Below, one piece after another: positions 9,336 through 18,818 of a stretch of 32,000 nt of DNA. The stretch is from Thermodesulfobacterium commune DSM 2178. Its GTDB lineage: Bacteria; Desulfobacterota; Thermodesulfobacteria; Thermodesulfobacteriales; Thermodesulfobacteriaceae. The position numbers were made by a program, and so were the translations under genes. The DNA is taken from contig NZ_CP008796.1 of assembly GCF_000734015.1 (NCBI RefSeq), positions 1,110,001-1,142,000 on the forward strand, written 5' to 3'. The notes under the pieces were generated by a model. The model made no database searches and was not told the origin of the DNA. It worked only from the letters and a program-made list of their open reading frames with translations. Each line of letters starts with the position of its first letter. Position 1 is the stretch's first letter.

Positions 9336-10479
9336 TTAAGTTTTTTGATTAAGCTTTTGCTTTGCATCCCACAGTAAATATTCCCGGATAAAATCGTCTA
9401 TCTCTCCATCTAAAACATCTTCCACCTTAAAAACCTCTAACTGGGTACGATGATCCTTTACCACCTTGTAAGGATGTAAGATATAACTTCTTATCTGATT
9501 ACCCCAACCTATTTCTTTTTTTTCACCGATCAGACTTTCTTTTTTCTGTTCAAGTTTTTGCTTTTCTAACTGATATAATCTTGATTTTAATATTTTCAAA
9601 GCTATGGCTTTGTTAAGATGTTGACTTCGCTCATTCTGGCAAGAAACCACTATCCCTGTAGGGATATGGGTAATCCTAACCGCACTTTCTGTTTTGTTAA
9701 CATGCTGGCCTCCGTGGCCACCTGCCCTCATAGTTTCAATCTTTAAGTCTTCAGGTCTTATCTCCACCTCTATGTTTTCGTCTATTTCAGGAATTACCGT
9801 TACCGAAGCAAAAGAAGTATGTCTTCTTGCATTAGCATCAAAAGGTGATATTCTAATCAACCTATGAATACCTTTTTCTCCTTTAAGATACCCATAAGCC
9901 CAAGAGCCTTCAACTAAAATTACTGCACTCTTTATCCCTGCCTCTTCTCCAGGCAGGCTGTCTACCAATTTTACCGAAAATCCCTTTTTTTCAGCCCACT
10001 TTACATACATCTTTAGCAACATATAAGCCCAGTCCTGAGCGTCTGTGCCTCCTGTTCCTGCATGGATGCTTAAAATGGCAGAAGAATAGTCATACTCATC
10101 GGAAAGAAGAAGCTTGCTTTCTTCTTTCTTTAGTTTTTTTTCAAACCGTTCTATGTCTTCAAAAAGGATTTCTAAATAATCTGGATTTTTTTCCTCTTTG
10201 TAAAGTTCATACCACTCAGAAAGGTTTAAAAAATCTTTTTCTAAATCTTCAAAAAGATTTAACCTTTCTATCAGGCTTGCACGCTCTTTAAGCAGGTTCT
10301 TAATAGAAGGGGATTCCCAGTCGATGTTGTTTTGTTGAAAAACTTCTTCTATCTGAGAAAGGCGTTTTTTGATAGAATCGGGGTCAAAGACACCCCCTTA
10401 AATCTTGAAGCTGTTCAGAAAAATAATTTAAAATCTTTTCTAAGTCTATGTTTTTATAAACCTGAGCCGCTGTTTTCAT
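9336..10479 (-). CDS. prfB: Peptide chain release factor 2, requiring a programmed +1 frameshift
   Basis: ORF1 (ATG at 10479) reads MKTAAQVYKNIDLEKILNYFSEQLQDLRGCL and stops at TGA 10386..10384. The +1 frame continues DPDSIKKRL... into the track ORF 9336..10022. That ORF contains the GGQ motif (AGGHGGQHVNK) and SPF. Confidence 0.92.
10383..10398 (-). promoter_or_regulatory. prfB autoregulatory +1 frameshift site
   Basis: The minus strand reads AGGGGG TGT CTT TGA C. This is an internal SD-like AGGGGG three nt upstream of the canonical CTT-TGA-C slippery/stop context. Confidence 0.9.
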
Positions 10480-10511
10480 AGCGAGATAAATATAAAACAA
10501 TTTTTTAAAAA

Positions 10512-11243
10512 TTAAACCCTAAAAACTAAACTTTCTGAACTTTTATATCGGATATCTTGGCCATCAAACATAAGGAGCCGAAATCTTTCTTTTTTAAACT
10601 CCTCTAACCGTTGTTTTATCGGAGTTGGGTCTAAGTTAAGAATAGACAAATCAGGAGAAATCTGAGAAAGTGACCATAAACTTAAGAAGCTTACTATCTT
10701 GTCTGTAGAAAAGATATGATCATACACATAAACATGCGCCTTTCTTTCGATGAGGTCCTCAGTCTTAGCTTGAGCTAATCTCCCTATTCCCCAGATTATC
10801 CCTCTCTGAGCCGGAGGAAACTCCAAGTAATTATCTGCCTTATATTTTCTTTCATCCTTTGGGTCCCAGATGTAAGAAACATAAATCGAAAGATATTCTT
10901 TCCTCAAAACCTCTGAATAAAACATCGCCTCAGCAAATCCTTCAGGAACCCCCCAAGCCATGCTCCCTGACTCCTCATTTAACATCCACATAAGCCTTCT
11001 GATTACTACCCTTGCTCTCTCTATATCCTGATCTGCTATTTTCTTTACAACCACACCAAAACAGGCTATAGCCTTCCACCTTACCATTTCATCTTTATGC
11101 AAAAAAGCCCCGATTAAAAAGCTTACCACCTTAGAAGGGGGAAGTGTCTTTATAGTTTCTATTGCCTTAAAAAGAGGGTCCTCTTCTAAAGTCTTGAGGA
11201 CCCTCTTTTTAAGTTGGGGCTGGTAAAGATTAGGCAAAACCAA
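10512..11243 (-). CDS. HEAT/armadillo-like repeat protein of unknown function (resembles what I recall as the DVU0298 family)
   Basis: 243 aa. It contains HKDEMVRWKAIACFG and LMWMLNEESGSMAWGVPEGFAE. TTG start with an AAGAGG SD, 8 nt after the flavodiiron gene. Confidence 0.5.
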   Translation of the reverse strand: MVLPNLYQPQLKKRVLKTLEEDPLFKAIETIKTLPPSKVVSFLIGAFLHKDEMVRWKAIACFGVVVKKIADQDIERARVVIRRLMWMLNEESGSMAWGVPEGFAEAMFYSEVLRKEYLSIYVSYIWDPKDERKYKADNYLEFPPAQRGIIWGIGRLAQAKTEDLIERKAHVYVYDHIFSTDKIVSFLSLWSLSQISPDLSILNLDPTPIKQRLEEFKKERFRLLMFDGQDIRYKSSESLVFRV

Positions 11244-11250
11244 CCTCTTT

Positions 11251-12441
11251 TTATACCTCTTTTATCTTTTGAGCTAAAAGCCTTCCCAAATCTGCGCAGC
11301 TTTTAAGTACTTCTTGATTAGGAGCATACTTGCATTTTATACCTTCGTGGATAACCTCAGCCTGTATCTCTTTTAAATACTCGTTTAGCTGAGCTACTGC
11401 CTCTCCACTCCATCCGTAGGAACCAAAGGCAAACCCTAATTTTTTTCTCGGTCTAAGTCCTTTCATATAGGTTACAAAGGAAGCCATGGTAGGAAGCAGG
11501 TTGTTGTTAAGGGTGGAAGAACCTAAAACTACACCTTTAGCAAGCATAACCTCAGTCATCACATCTGTTATGTCAGAAACAGAAAGTTTAAACACCCTCG
11601 CCTCTACACCTTCTTTAACAACTCCTTCAGCAATAGCATAAGCCATCTTTTCGGTGCTCTTCCACATAGTATCATAAACTATCACCACCCGATTATCTGC
11701 CTCATAAGAACTCCACTTATCATAAAGTTCTAAAATGTCTTTTATCTTGCTTCTCCAAACCACACCATGGTCAGGACAAATGGTCTCTATTTCAAGACCT
11801 AAATCTTTTATGGTTTTTAACAGCTTTTGAACCTGAGGAGAAAAAGGTAAAACGATGTTAGCGTAATACTTAGCTGCCTCTTGGATTAAAACACAGTAGT
11901 CTACCTCGTCATCAAACCTTACACTGGTTGCGTAGTGCTGTCCAAAGGCATCCTGAGAAATAAGGATCTTCTCTTCAGGAATATAACTCACCATGCTATC
12001 AGGCCAGTGTATCATCGGGGTTTCTATAAACCGGATGGTTCTTTTACCTATCTTTACTTCGTATCCCGTCTTTACCTCTTCAAAGGGAAAGTCAGTGTTA
12101 TGTAGATAGGCAGAAAGCCCTAATTTTCCGTTTCTGGTAATGAAAATCTTTTCAGGGTTGATTTTTTGAGCAATATAGCTGAAACCTCCTGCATGGTCAG
12201 GTTCAATATGGTTTACCACTAAATAATCAATCTTTTCAGGATTGATTATCTTAGAAATACGCCCAAGCATCTCATCCTCAAAACCGTGTTTTACGGTATC
12301 AAACAGCGTAACCTTTTCATCGATCACAAGGTAACTATTGTAGGTAGTACCCTTAATGGTTGTGTAACCATGAAAATTTCTTACATGCCAGTCTACCGCT
12401 CCTACCCAATAAATCCCTTCTTTAATCTTAACTGGCTCCAT
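11251..12441 (-). CDS. fprA: A-type flavodiiron protein (FprA / rubredoxin:oxygen oxidoreductase-like)
   Basis: Metallo-beta-lactamase-like diiron motif NHIEPDHAG plus a C-terminal flavodoxin domain (VVIVYDTMWKSTEKMA). The track start (TTG at 12456) actually lies within the SD CAGGAGGAG. The real start is the ATG at 12441 (MEPVKIKEG). Confidence 0.9.
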   Translation of the reverse strand: MEPVKIKEGIYWVGAVDWHVRNFHGYTTIKGTTYNSYLVIDEKVTLFDTVKHGFEDEMLGRISKIINPEKIDYLVVNHIEPDHAGGFSYIAQKINPEKIFITRNGKLGLSAYLHNTDFPFEEVKTGYEVKIGKRTIRFIETPMIHWPDSMVSYIPEEKILISQDAFGQHYATSVRFDDEVDYCVLIQEAAKYYANIVLPFSPQVQKLLKTIKDLGLEIETICPDHGVVWRSKIKDILELYDKWSSYEADNRVVIVYDTMWKSTEKMAYAIAEGVVKEGVEARVFKLSVSDITDVMTEVMLAKGVVLGSSTLNNNLLPTMASFVTYMKGLRPRKKLGFAFGSYGWSGEAVAQLNEYLKEIQAEVIHEGIKCKYAPNQEVLKSCADLGRLLAQKIKEV

Positions 12442-12475
12442 AAACTCCTCCTGCAATCATTTAATATGTTTAGAG

Positions 12476-12823
12476 TTAGAGTGTAATGATAGTATAACCT
12501 TTTTTTATAAAGTTTGCCATACCAGCATGCCCATACATATCTTCCAAAATCTCAAGTCCTTTTTCTTTAGCTACCTCTAACGTCCCCATCTTTTGTGCAC
12601 AAGCCTTACAAACACCTGCGATAAGATTTTTTTCTAAACATTTTTGAAAAAGATTGTATAACACGCTCTTTTCGGAAAAAAGTTCAGGAATTAACTTGGT
12701 AGAAGCACCCTCTAAAACTACCTTTACTTCAAGACCTTTTTCTGCTGCATCCAAAGCATTTAACAAAACATGGATAAAACACATAGGCTCTTCTTTAAAG
12801 GCAAAAAAGGCTATTTTATTCAT
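12476..12823 (-). CDS. DsrE/DsrF-like family protein
   Basis: 115 aa. The small alpha/beta protein pattern KIAFFAF...CFIHVLLNALDAA...GVCKACA is reminiscent of DsrE-family proteins. Confidence 0.55.
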   Translation of the reverse strand: MNKIAFFAFKEEPMCFIHVLLNALDAAEKGLEVKVVLEGASTKLIPELFSEKSVLYNLFQKCLEKNLIAGVCKACAQKMGTLEVAKEKGLEILEDMYGHAGMANFIKKGYTIITL

Positions 12824-12850
12824 AACATCACCTCTAAATTTTTAAAGGTA

Positions 12851-12877
12851 AAGAAGGGAGGATTTTCCTCCCTTCTT
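12851..12877 (-). terminator. Perfect 11-bp stem hairpin between rubredoxin-1 and the DsrE-like gene (possible terminator or attenuator)
   Basis: AAGAAGGGAGG-ATTTT-CCTCCCTTCTT. On the minus strand it is followed by TTTACCTTTAAAAATTT, a weak and interrupted T tract. Confidence 0.45.
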
Positions 12878-12885
12878 TTGATCAA

Positions 12886-13047
12886 TTAATCTTCTGGTAC
12901 GAAATCGCTTTTAGCTGCTCCACAAATCGGACAGGTCCAATCATCAGGAAGACTCTCAAAAGGAGTGCCTGCAGGAATACCATTGTCAGGATCCCCGTTG
13001 GCCGGGTCATAAACATAACCACAAACACTACACTTGTACTTTTTCAT
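12886..13047 (-). CDS. rub: Rubredoxin (53 aa; below the ORF-track size cutoff)
   Basis: Hand translation gives [53 protein letters not shown]. It has the canonical CxxCG...CPxCG pairs. SD AGGAGG lies upstream. Confidence 0.92.
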   Translation of the reverse strand: MKKYKCSVCGYVYDPANGDPDNGIPAGTPFESLPDDWTCPICGAAKSDFVPED

Positions 13048-13088
13048 AGGTAACCTCCTGGTTTAATTTTTATGGTTTAAGTAACAAC

Positions 13089-13283
13089 TTAAAAACCTCT
13101 TTCCTCTTCCTTAAAGGTAGTCTTGTTAGCCCCACAATGAGGGCAAGTCCAGCTTTCAGGTAGGTCCTCAAAACAAGTTCCTGGAGGAGAAACAAACCTT
13201 GAAGGATCCCCTTTCTCCGGGTCATAAAGGTAACCACAACATTTACACCTATATTTTTTTCCTTTCTTGTGCTTCTTTTCCAT
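13089..13283 (-). CDS. Rubredoxin paralogue with a Lys-rich N-terminal extension
   Basis: 64 aa. [17 protein letters not shown]...[10 protein letters not shown]. Confidence 0.88.
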   Translation of the reverse strand: MEKKHKKGKKYRCKCCGYLYDPEKGDPSRFVSPPGTCFEDLPESWTCPHCGANKTTFKEEERGF

Positions 13284-13310
13284 AAAACGTATTCCTGTTT
13301 ATTTTACTAA

Positions 13311-13487
13311 TTAATCGGGTAAAGGTAGAAACATATTTTTAGGAGCTCCACATCTTGGGCACTTCCAGTTGTCTGGTAGTTTCTCAAAAGGTGTCCCTGG
13401 AGGTATATTTCCTTTTGTATCTCCTTGTTCAGGGTCGTAGATGTAACCACACCTGCTACATTTATATTTTTTAGGTTTGTCAGCCAT
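13311..13487 (-). CDS. Rubredoxin paralogue
   Basis: [23 protein letters not shown]...[11 protein letters not shown] prefer the ATG at 13487 (SD GGGGTGA upstream) over the track start at 13526, which would overlap dfx. Confidence 0.88.
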   Translation of the reverse strand: MADKPKKYKCSRCGYIYDPEQGDTKGNIPPGTPFEKLPDNWKCPRCGAPKNMFLPLPD

Positions 13488-13510
13488 AACTTCACCCCTG
13501 CCTTTAAAAT

Positions 13511-13891
13511 TTATGCGCCTTGCCAATATCCATGAAGGTTACACCACTCCTTAGCCACTACCTTGGCTGCTTTTACCTCAAACACCGCCTCAGGAGCCTC
13601 CCCAGGCTTCAAGAACTTAATGTAAACCTTATCTTCATCAGCATGCAACTCAATCCACTCTATGTAATGTTCCTCTGTCATGGGATGAGGCACACTTCCT
13701 ACCTTTACCTTATAGACATCTCCTTCTTTTTCTATCACAGGAACATGCTTCTCAACGGCCGCATCCACTGTATTAGGAGTTTGTAACTCCATAGGTTTTC
13801 CACAACAAACCAACTGACCTTTTCCTCCATGCATCACCAACACTATGTTTCCACAGACCTGACATTTATAAAGTCCAAGTTTTTCCGCCAT
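13511..13891 (-). CDS. dfx: Desulfoferrodoxin (2Fe superoxide reductase)
   Basis: 126 aa. N-terminal desulforedoxin domain [10 protein letters not shown]...LVCCGKPM and a C-terminal SOR domain (EKHVPVIE...[14 protein letters not shown]). Confidence 0.92.
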   Translation of the reverse strand: MAEKLGLYKCQVCGNIVLVMHGGKGQLVCCGKPMELQTPNTVDAAVEKHVPVIEKEGDVYKVKVGSVPHPMTEEHYIEWIELHADEDKVYIKFLKPGEAPEAVFEVKAAKVVAKEWCNLHGYWQGA

Positions 13892-13918
13892 AACCCCCTC
13901 CTTTTTATAAAAATTTTA

Positions 13919-13932
13919 AATTAAAAATAATT
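13919..13932. promoter_or_regulatory. 14-bp dyad AATTAAAAATAATT in the dfx promoter region (candidate operator)
   Basis: AATTA-N4-TAATT inverted repeat. On the minus strand it overlaps a putative -10 (TATTTT) located 17 nt downstream of TTGACT (13952..13947). The identical 14-mer recurs at 31439..31452. Confidence 0.4.
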
Positions 13933-14061
13933 CATTTTAAAATAAAAGTCAATACCTTTTCAAAAAATTTAAAAAAAATTTTTTATCTATTTAAAATCTC
14001 TCAAAGTTTAGATTTATTTAGCAAAACCAGCCGAAAATAGGAAACTTAAGGATTGTAATTT

Positions 14062-14418
14062 TTATAAAGACTTGTAGATTTCTTTAAGTTCTTTGATTAC
14101 TTCCCTGATAAGCTTTCTCAGGGCTTTTTCTTTTGTAAGGACCTCTTTTGGACTGAAAAGGGCTGGTTGTTCAAGTTTATAAAGGTTCAAAAACTTTTTA
14201 ACCCCTTCTAAGGTATACCCTTCTTCTATCAGTTTTTTTACCTTAAAAAGAAGTTCAAGTTGGTCTTTTTTGTAAAACTTTCTGTTAGAAATTCGATAAG
14301 GTTTAAGCTGGGGGATCTTTTTTTCCCAGTAATAAAGCACATGAGGTTTTATATTTAAAAGTTGAGCAACCTCAGAAAGAGGAACATAAAGGGTTTCTAA
14401 AGGCTTTTTAGGTTTCAT
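14062..14418 (-). CDS. MerR-family transcriptional regulator
   Basis: 118 aa. The N-terminal HTH reads LSEVAQLLNIKPHVLYYWEKKIPQLKP, followed by YTLEGVKKFL. Confidence 0.8.
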   Translation of the reverse strand: MKPKKPLETLYVPLSEVAQLLNIKPHVLYYWEKKIPQLKPYRISNRKFYKKDQLELLFKVKKLIEEGYTLEGVKKFLNLYKLEQPALFSPKEVLTKEKALRKLIREVIKELKEIYKSL

Positions 14419-14701
14419 CTTGAAGTTCAGCTTTAAACTGAGGAGCTATCTTAAACCTTACCTTTTTAAACGAAGGTATCTTGACGACCTCCCCAGTTTT
14501 TAAGTTCCTCCCTATTTTCTCCTTGGTTTTATAAGGAATAAAACTTCCAAACCTTACTATCTGAACCTCTTCCCCTCTTTCTAACCCAAGTTTTATTTCT
14601 TCTAAGATTTCTTCCACAATCCTACCTAAGGTCCTCTTAGAAAGACCAGTCTTTTCAGCCAAAACCTTTATTACTTCTTTTTTGGTTATCGTCTTTTTCA
14701 T
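14408..14701 (-). CDS. ihfA: Integration host factor alpha / HU-family DNA-binding protein
   Basis: 97 aa. Motifs GLSKR and GRNLKTGEVVKIP, with the beta-arm. It lies directly downstream of pheT (ATGA overlap), as ihfA does in E. coli. Confidence 0.8.
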   Translation of the reverse strand: MKKTITKKEVIKVLAEKTGLSKRTLGRIVEEILEEIKLGLERGEEVQIVRFGSFIPYKTKEKIGRNLKTGEVVKIPSFKKVRFKIAPQFKAELQDET

Positions 14702-17100
14702 CGTGGTTTAGCGTTAAATTTATCAAAAATCTTTTTAGCTACCTCATCTTGAATGTGATTGACCTCTTCATCGGTTAAGGTTCTATCTTCAGCTCTATAC
14801 CAAAACCTCAAACTTACGCTTTTTTGACCTTCTGGAATAGGTGGGCCTTCATAAACCTTCACACAGCTGACCTTCTCTAAGTAAGGAATAGATAAATTTT
14901 TAATAAAAGCTAATATCTCTCCCACCTCAAAATTTCTATCAACTACACAGGTTACATCCCTGGTGGTAGAAGGAAACTTAGGAGGCTTTTTAAGCTTTTT
15001 AATGCTACCTAAAGAAGGGAAAATTTTCAAAATCTTTTTTAAGTTTATCTCCCCCACCAATACGTTGGTCTTAAGGTCAAAACTCTTTAATATAAAGGTT
15101 TTTACTTCTCCTGCAAAACCGATTTTTTCTTCTCCAAGATAAAGGTCAAAAGAAAGACCGCGTTTTAAAAAAGGCTCTTCAGAATATGGCTTAAACGCTA
15201 CTTCAAGGGTTAGGATCTCAAAAAACTCCTCCAAAACACCTTTAAGGTCATAAATATCAAATTTTTCTGGTTGACCATGCCAGTTCTCGGTATTCTTTTG
15301 TCCCATCAATAAAAATCCCAGGTATAAAGGCTCATCTGGGAGGAGTTCTTGATTAGGTATAAAGACCTTTCCTGTTTCAAAGATAGCAAGAGAATTAACC
15401 TCTCTAAAAAAGTTAAAACAAGCAGTCCTGAGAAGCCCAGGGATTAAAGTAGTTCTCATCACAGACTGGTTAGAGGCAAGAGGATTAGCTATCTCTAAAG
15501 GTTTAGACCTAAGGTCTTCTGGATCGAGATGAAGTCTGTCTAAATCCTTTGGGTCTATAAAACTATAGGTAATTACCTCAAAAAATCCAAAGGCTCTAAA
15601 AAGCTCCTTTACCTTTTCTTCTAACCTTAAAAATGGGCTTTTCCCTTTAGCCCAAAGGTCTGCTTTAGGAAAAGTAGTAGGTATTTTTTCGTATCCATAT
15701 ACTCTGGCGATCTCTTCGATCAAGTCCTCTGGTATCTTTAAGTCCTGTCTGTAGGAAAAAGGTTTTACTTCAAAACTATCTCCTATAGACCTTACCTCAC
15801 CCACCTTCGAAAGAATACCTTTTATTTCCTCTACAGGAAGAGAAAACCCTAAATATTTGGTTACCTTTTTTTGTGATAACACGATTTGAGGATATACATA
15901 AGGCTTAGGATAAAGGTCTACCATCTCAGAAAAACGCTCGGCCTTGGCTGTCTCTAAGATCATCTGAGTAGCCCTTAACACCGCTAAAGGTATACCCTCA
16001 GGATCTATGTTTCTTTCAAACCTGTAGGAGCTTTCAGTTGAAACCTTGTGTCTCTGAGAACTCATCCTTATCCATTTAGGATTAAACCAGGCAGCCTCTA
16101 AAAAAAGATTTTTTGTTTCTTCAGAAACCCCTGACTCCTCTCCTCCCATGATACCCGCAAGCACAAGGGCTTTTTCTGCATCGGCTATCACCAAATCTTC
16201 TTCTGTAAGAGTTCTCTCTATCCCGTCAAGCATCATTAATTTTTCCTGAGGATAGGCTCTACGAACGATTATCGCATGCCCATTTATCTTGTCCCAATCA
16301 AATGCATGTAAAGGCTGTCCTAATTCTAAAAGAACATAATTGGTGATATCTACCACGTTGTTGATCGGTCTTAAACCACATTCCCATAGTCTCTTTTGAA
16401 TATAAAAAGGACTTTCCCCTATTTGAACGTTTTCAAAGGTTCTCCCTATATACCTAAAACAACCTTCAGGCTCTAAAATCTTGATCTCACCTTTAAAATA
16501 TTTACCTTCTTTTAAGTAATCCTCAAAAAGAAGAGGTTTTAACTCCCAGGAAGTTAACAAATGAAGTTCTCTTGCTGCACCCAAGACAGAAAGTACATCT
16601 CCTCTGTTAGGAGTTACCGCAAGTTCTAACACAGCCTCATTTATTCCTAAAATTTCATAAACAGACCTTCCTAACGGAGAACCCTCTGGTAAAACCAGTA
16701 AGACCTCCTTTTCAGGGCCTGTCCCAGCTTCATAAGGAGAGAGAAACATCCCCTCAGATTGATACTTTTTTACCCTCTTTACTTCTACCTTATCTCCGGA
16801 AAAAGTATTACTCCCAGGTTTGGCTAAGGCTAAAATAAGTCCTGGTTTTACCTGATCTTTAGCCGTGGTAAAGACTGTAAAGACCTCTTTCCCGTCGGTA
16901 ACTTTACAAAGAGCTACTTCCTTAAGGTCTTCTGGAGTTAAAACTTCTATGATTTTTACCGAGATTATCTCTCCCAAACGTTGGTATGGATCTTCTACTG
17001 CTTCAACCTCGATACCACCCATCGTAAAGATTTCAGCAATCTCTTCTGGAGACTTTTGAAGGTCTATGAACTCTGAAAGCCAACTGACGGGGATTTTCAT
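14698..17100 (-). CDS. pheT: Phenylalanine--tRNA ligase beta subunit
   Basis: 800 aa. N-terminus MKIPVSWLSEFIDL, then B3/4, B5 and the C-terminal anticodon-binding domain. It lies downstream of pheS. Confidence 0.93.
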   Translation of the reverse strand: MKIPVSWLSEFIDLQKSPEEIAEIFTMGGIEVEAVEDPYQRLGEIISVKIIEVLTPEDLKEVALCKVTDGKEVFTVFTTAKDQVKPGLILALAKPGSNTFSGDKVEVKRVKKYQSEGMFLSPYEAGTGPEKEVLLVLPEGSPLGRSVYEILGINEAVLELAVTPNRGDVLSVLGAARELHLLTSWELKPLLFEDYLKEGKYFKGEIKILEPEGCFRYIGRTFENVQIGESPFYIQKRLWECGLRPINNVVDITNYVLLELGQPLHAFDWDKINGHAIIVRRAYPQEKLMMLDGIERTLTEEDLVIADAEKALVLAGIMGGEESGVSEETKNLFLEAAWFNPKWIRMSSQRHKVSTESSYRFERNIDPEGIPLAVLRATQMILETAKAERFSEMVDLYPKPYVYPQIVLSQKKVTKYLGFSLPVEEIKGILSKVGEVRSIGDSFEVKPFSYRQDLKIPEDLIEEIARVYGYEKIPTTFPKADLWAKGKSPFLRLEEKVKELFRAFGFFEVITYSFIDPKDLDRLHLDPEDLRSKPLEIANPLASNQSVMRTTLIPGLLRTACFNFFREVNSLAIFETGKVFIPNQELLPDEPLYLGFLLMGQKNTENWHGQPEKFDIYDLKGVLEEFFEILTLEVAFKPYSEEPFLKRGLSFDLYLGEEKIGFAGEVKTFILKSFDLKTNVLVGEINLKKILKIFPSLGSIKKLKKPPKFPSTTRDVTCVVDRNFEVGEILAFIKNLSIPYLEKVSCVKVYEGPPIPEGQKSVSLRFWYRAEDRTLTDEEVNHIQDEVAKKIFDKFNAKPR

Positions 17101-17138
17101 AAGGTCTCTCCTGTCTTAGGCTAAAGATTTAAAGGTCT

Positions 17139-18155
17139 TTACTTAAAACTTTCAAGGAAATATAGATGGTTATCAAAAAACAGCCTGATGTCATCTATTT
17201 CATATTTTATCATCGCTATCCTTTCGATACCAAGCCCAAAGGCAAAACCTTGCCATATAGAAACGTCATAATTAACCGACTTAAACACCTCAGGATGCAC
17301 CATCCCAGCCCCTAAAATTTCTAACCAACCCGTACCACTACAAACCCTACATCCCTTTCCATTACAAATCACACAACTGATGTCCATCTCAACACTTGGT
17401 TCAGTAAAAGGAAAATAGCTTGGTCTAAACCTAACCTTGGTCTTTTCTCCAAAAACCTCTTTAGCAAAATAAGTAAGGACTCCTTTAAGGTCAGAGAAAC
17501 TCACCTCTTTGTCCACCATCAAGCCTTCTATTTGATGAAACATCGGGGAATGTCTTACATCGTCATCGCATCTATAGACTTTACCAGGAGCGATGATCCT
17601 TAAAGGAGGCTTTCTCTCAAGCATAGTCCTTATTTGAATAGGGGAGGTGTGGGTTCTGAGGATACTTCCGTTTTTAAGATAAAAGGTTGCTTGCATATCC
17701 CTTGCTGGATGCCATTCTGGGATGTTCAAAGCGGTAAAGTTATAATATTCTGTCTCTACCTCAGGGCCCTGAACCATATCAAAGCCTAAACGCCCAAAAA
17801 CCTCACAGATTTCCTTAATAACCTGGGTTAATGGATGAAGACCCCCTACTACAGGCCTTCTTCCAGGAAGCGTAAGGTCTAAGCCTGGAAGAATATCTTC
17901 CTGTTTAAAAAGAATTTCCTGCTCTTTTTTGACTAAAATTTCTTCTAAGAGATCTTTGAGTTCGTTTAAGATGGTTCCAACTTGTTTTTTTTCTTCCAAA
18001 GGGAGGTCCTTAAGCTTTTTAAGATAGCTGGTAAGGACCCCTTTTTTTCCTAAATATTTTAGACGAAACGCGTTAAGTTCTTCAAGAGTAGAAAGGGTTT
18101 CAACATTTTTTAAAGCTTCTTGTTTAAGTTGTTCCAGTTCCTCGATTACCATCAT
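17139..18155 (-). CDS. pheS: Phenylalanine--tRNA ligase alpha subunit
   Basis: Class II aaRS motifs ([25 protein letters not shown]). The ATG at 18155 overlaps the rplT stop (ATGA). The track start at 18161 is a GTG two codons upstream. Confidence 0.92.
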   Translation of the reverse strand: MMVIEELEQLKQEALKNVETLSTLEELNAFRLKYLGKKGVLTSYLKKLKDLPLEEKKQVGTILNELKDLLEEILVKKEQEILFKQEDILPGLDLTLPGRRPVVGGLHPLTQVIKEICEVFGRLGFDMVQGPEVETEYYNFTALNIPEWHPARDMQATFYLKNGSILRTHTSPIQIRTMLERKPPLRIIAPGKVYRCDDDVRHSPMFHQIEGLMVDKEVSFSDLKGVLTYFAKEVFGEKTKVRFRPSYFPFTEPSVEMDISCVICNGKGCRVCSGTGWLEILGAGMVHPEVFKSVNYDVSIWQGFAFGLGIERIAMIKYEIDDIRLFFDNHLYFLESFK

Positions 18156-18508
18156 TGCCACTGAGCTTTAGCCACTTCAACCAGCTTCGCAAAGGTTTCA
18201 GGCTCAGTTACCGCAAGATAGGCAAGCACTTTTCTGTTAAGGTCAACCCCTGCCTTCTTAAGACCTCCCATAAACTTGCTGTAATTCAAACCATAAGGTC
18301 TTACAGCAGCATTAATTCTTATCTGCCAAAGTCTTCTAAAATCTCTTTTCTTTTGGCGTCTATCCCTATAAGCATAAACCAAAGCCCTTTCTACGGTTTC
18401 CTTAGCTCTTCTGTAGACGTTTTTCCTCTGTCCCCAGTAGCCTTTGGCTAATTTTAAAAGTTTTTTATGCCTTCTTCTGGTCTTAAAACCACCTTTAGCC
18501 CTTGGCAT
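18152..18508 (-). CDS. rplT: 50S ribosomal protein L20
   Basis: 118 aa. [16 protein letters not shown]... is the canonical L20 N-terminus. Confidence 0.95.
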   Translation of the reverse strand: MPRAKGGFKTRRRHKKLLKLAKGYWGQRKNVYRRAKETVERALVYAYRDRRQKKRDFRRLWQIRINAAVRPYGLNYSKFMGGLKKAGVDLNRKVLAYLAVTEPETFAKLVEVAKAQWQ

Positions 18509-18541
18509 AAACTTTTACCTCCTGTAATTTAAAGATTCAAA

Positions 18542-18748
18542 CTAAAATTTATATGGGATAATCTTAGCCACGTGATCATAAAACCCAGCAAAAATCTCTT
18601 TGTATTTTTTAAGGTGCCTTTTGGTTTTTCTGCTCTTTTTCCTAAGAAGGTGACTTTTGCCGGCTTTTTTATGCATAATCTTACCATTAGCAGTAACCTT
18701 AAACCTTTTGGCAGCTGAACGGTTAGTCTTCATCTTAACCTTAGCCAT
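18542..18748 (-). CDS. rpmI: 50S ribosomal protein L35
   Basis: 68 aa. MAKVKMKTNRSAAKRFKVTANGK is canonical L35. Confidence 0.93.
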   Translation of the reverse strand: MAKVKMKTNRSAAKRFKVTANGKIMHKKAGKSHLLRKKSRKTKRHLKKYKEIFAGFYDHVAKIIPYKF

Positions 18749-18818
18749 AAGACAACACTCCCTTATAAAATTTTTATAATTTGAAAACTTTACACCAATT
18801 TTTTATAAAAACAACCCC

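Noticed and set aside
13488-13526. N-terminal extensions given by the ORF track: 13526 for rubredoxin-3, 12456 for the flavodiiron protein, 25290 for the zinc-ribbon ORF and 6905 for the HDAC-like gene.
   Set aside because: In each case the extension covers the SD sequence of an internal ATG, or starts at a non-ATG codon and adds residues absent from the family. The internal ATG with a proper SD spacing is preferred.
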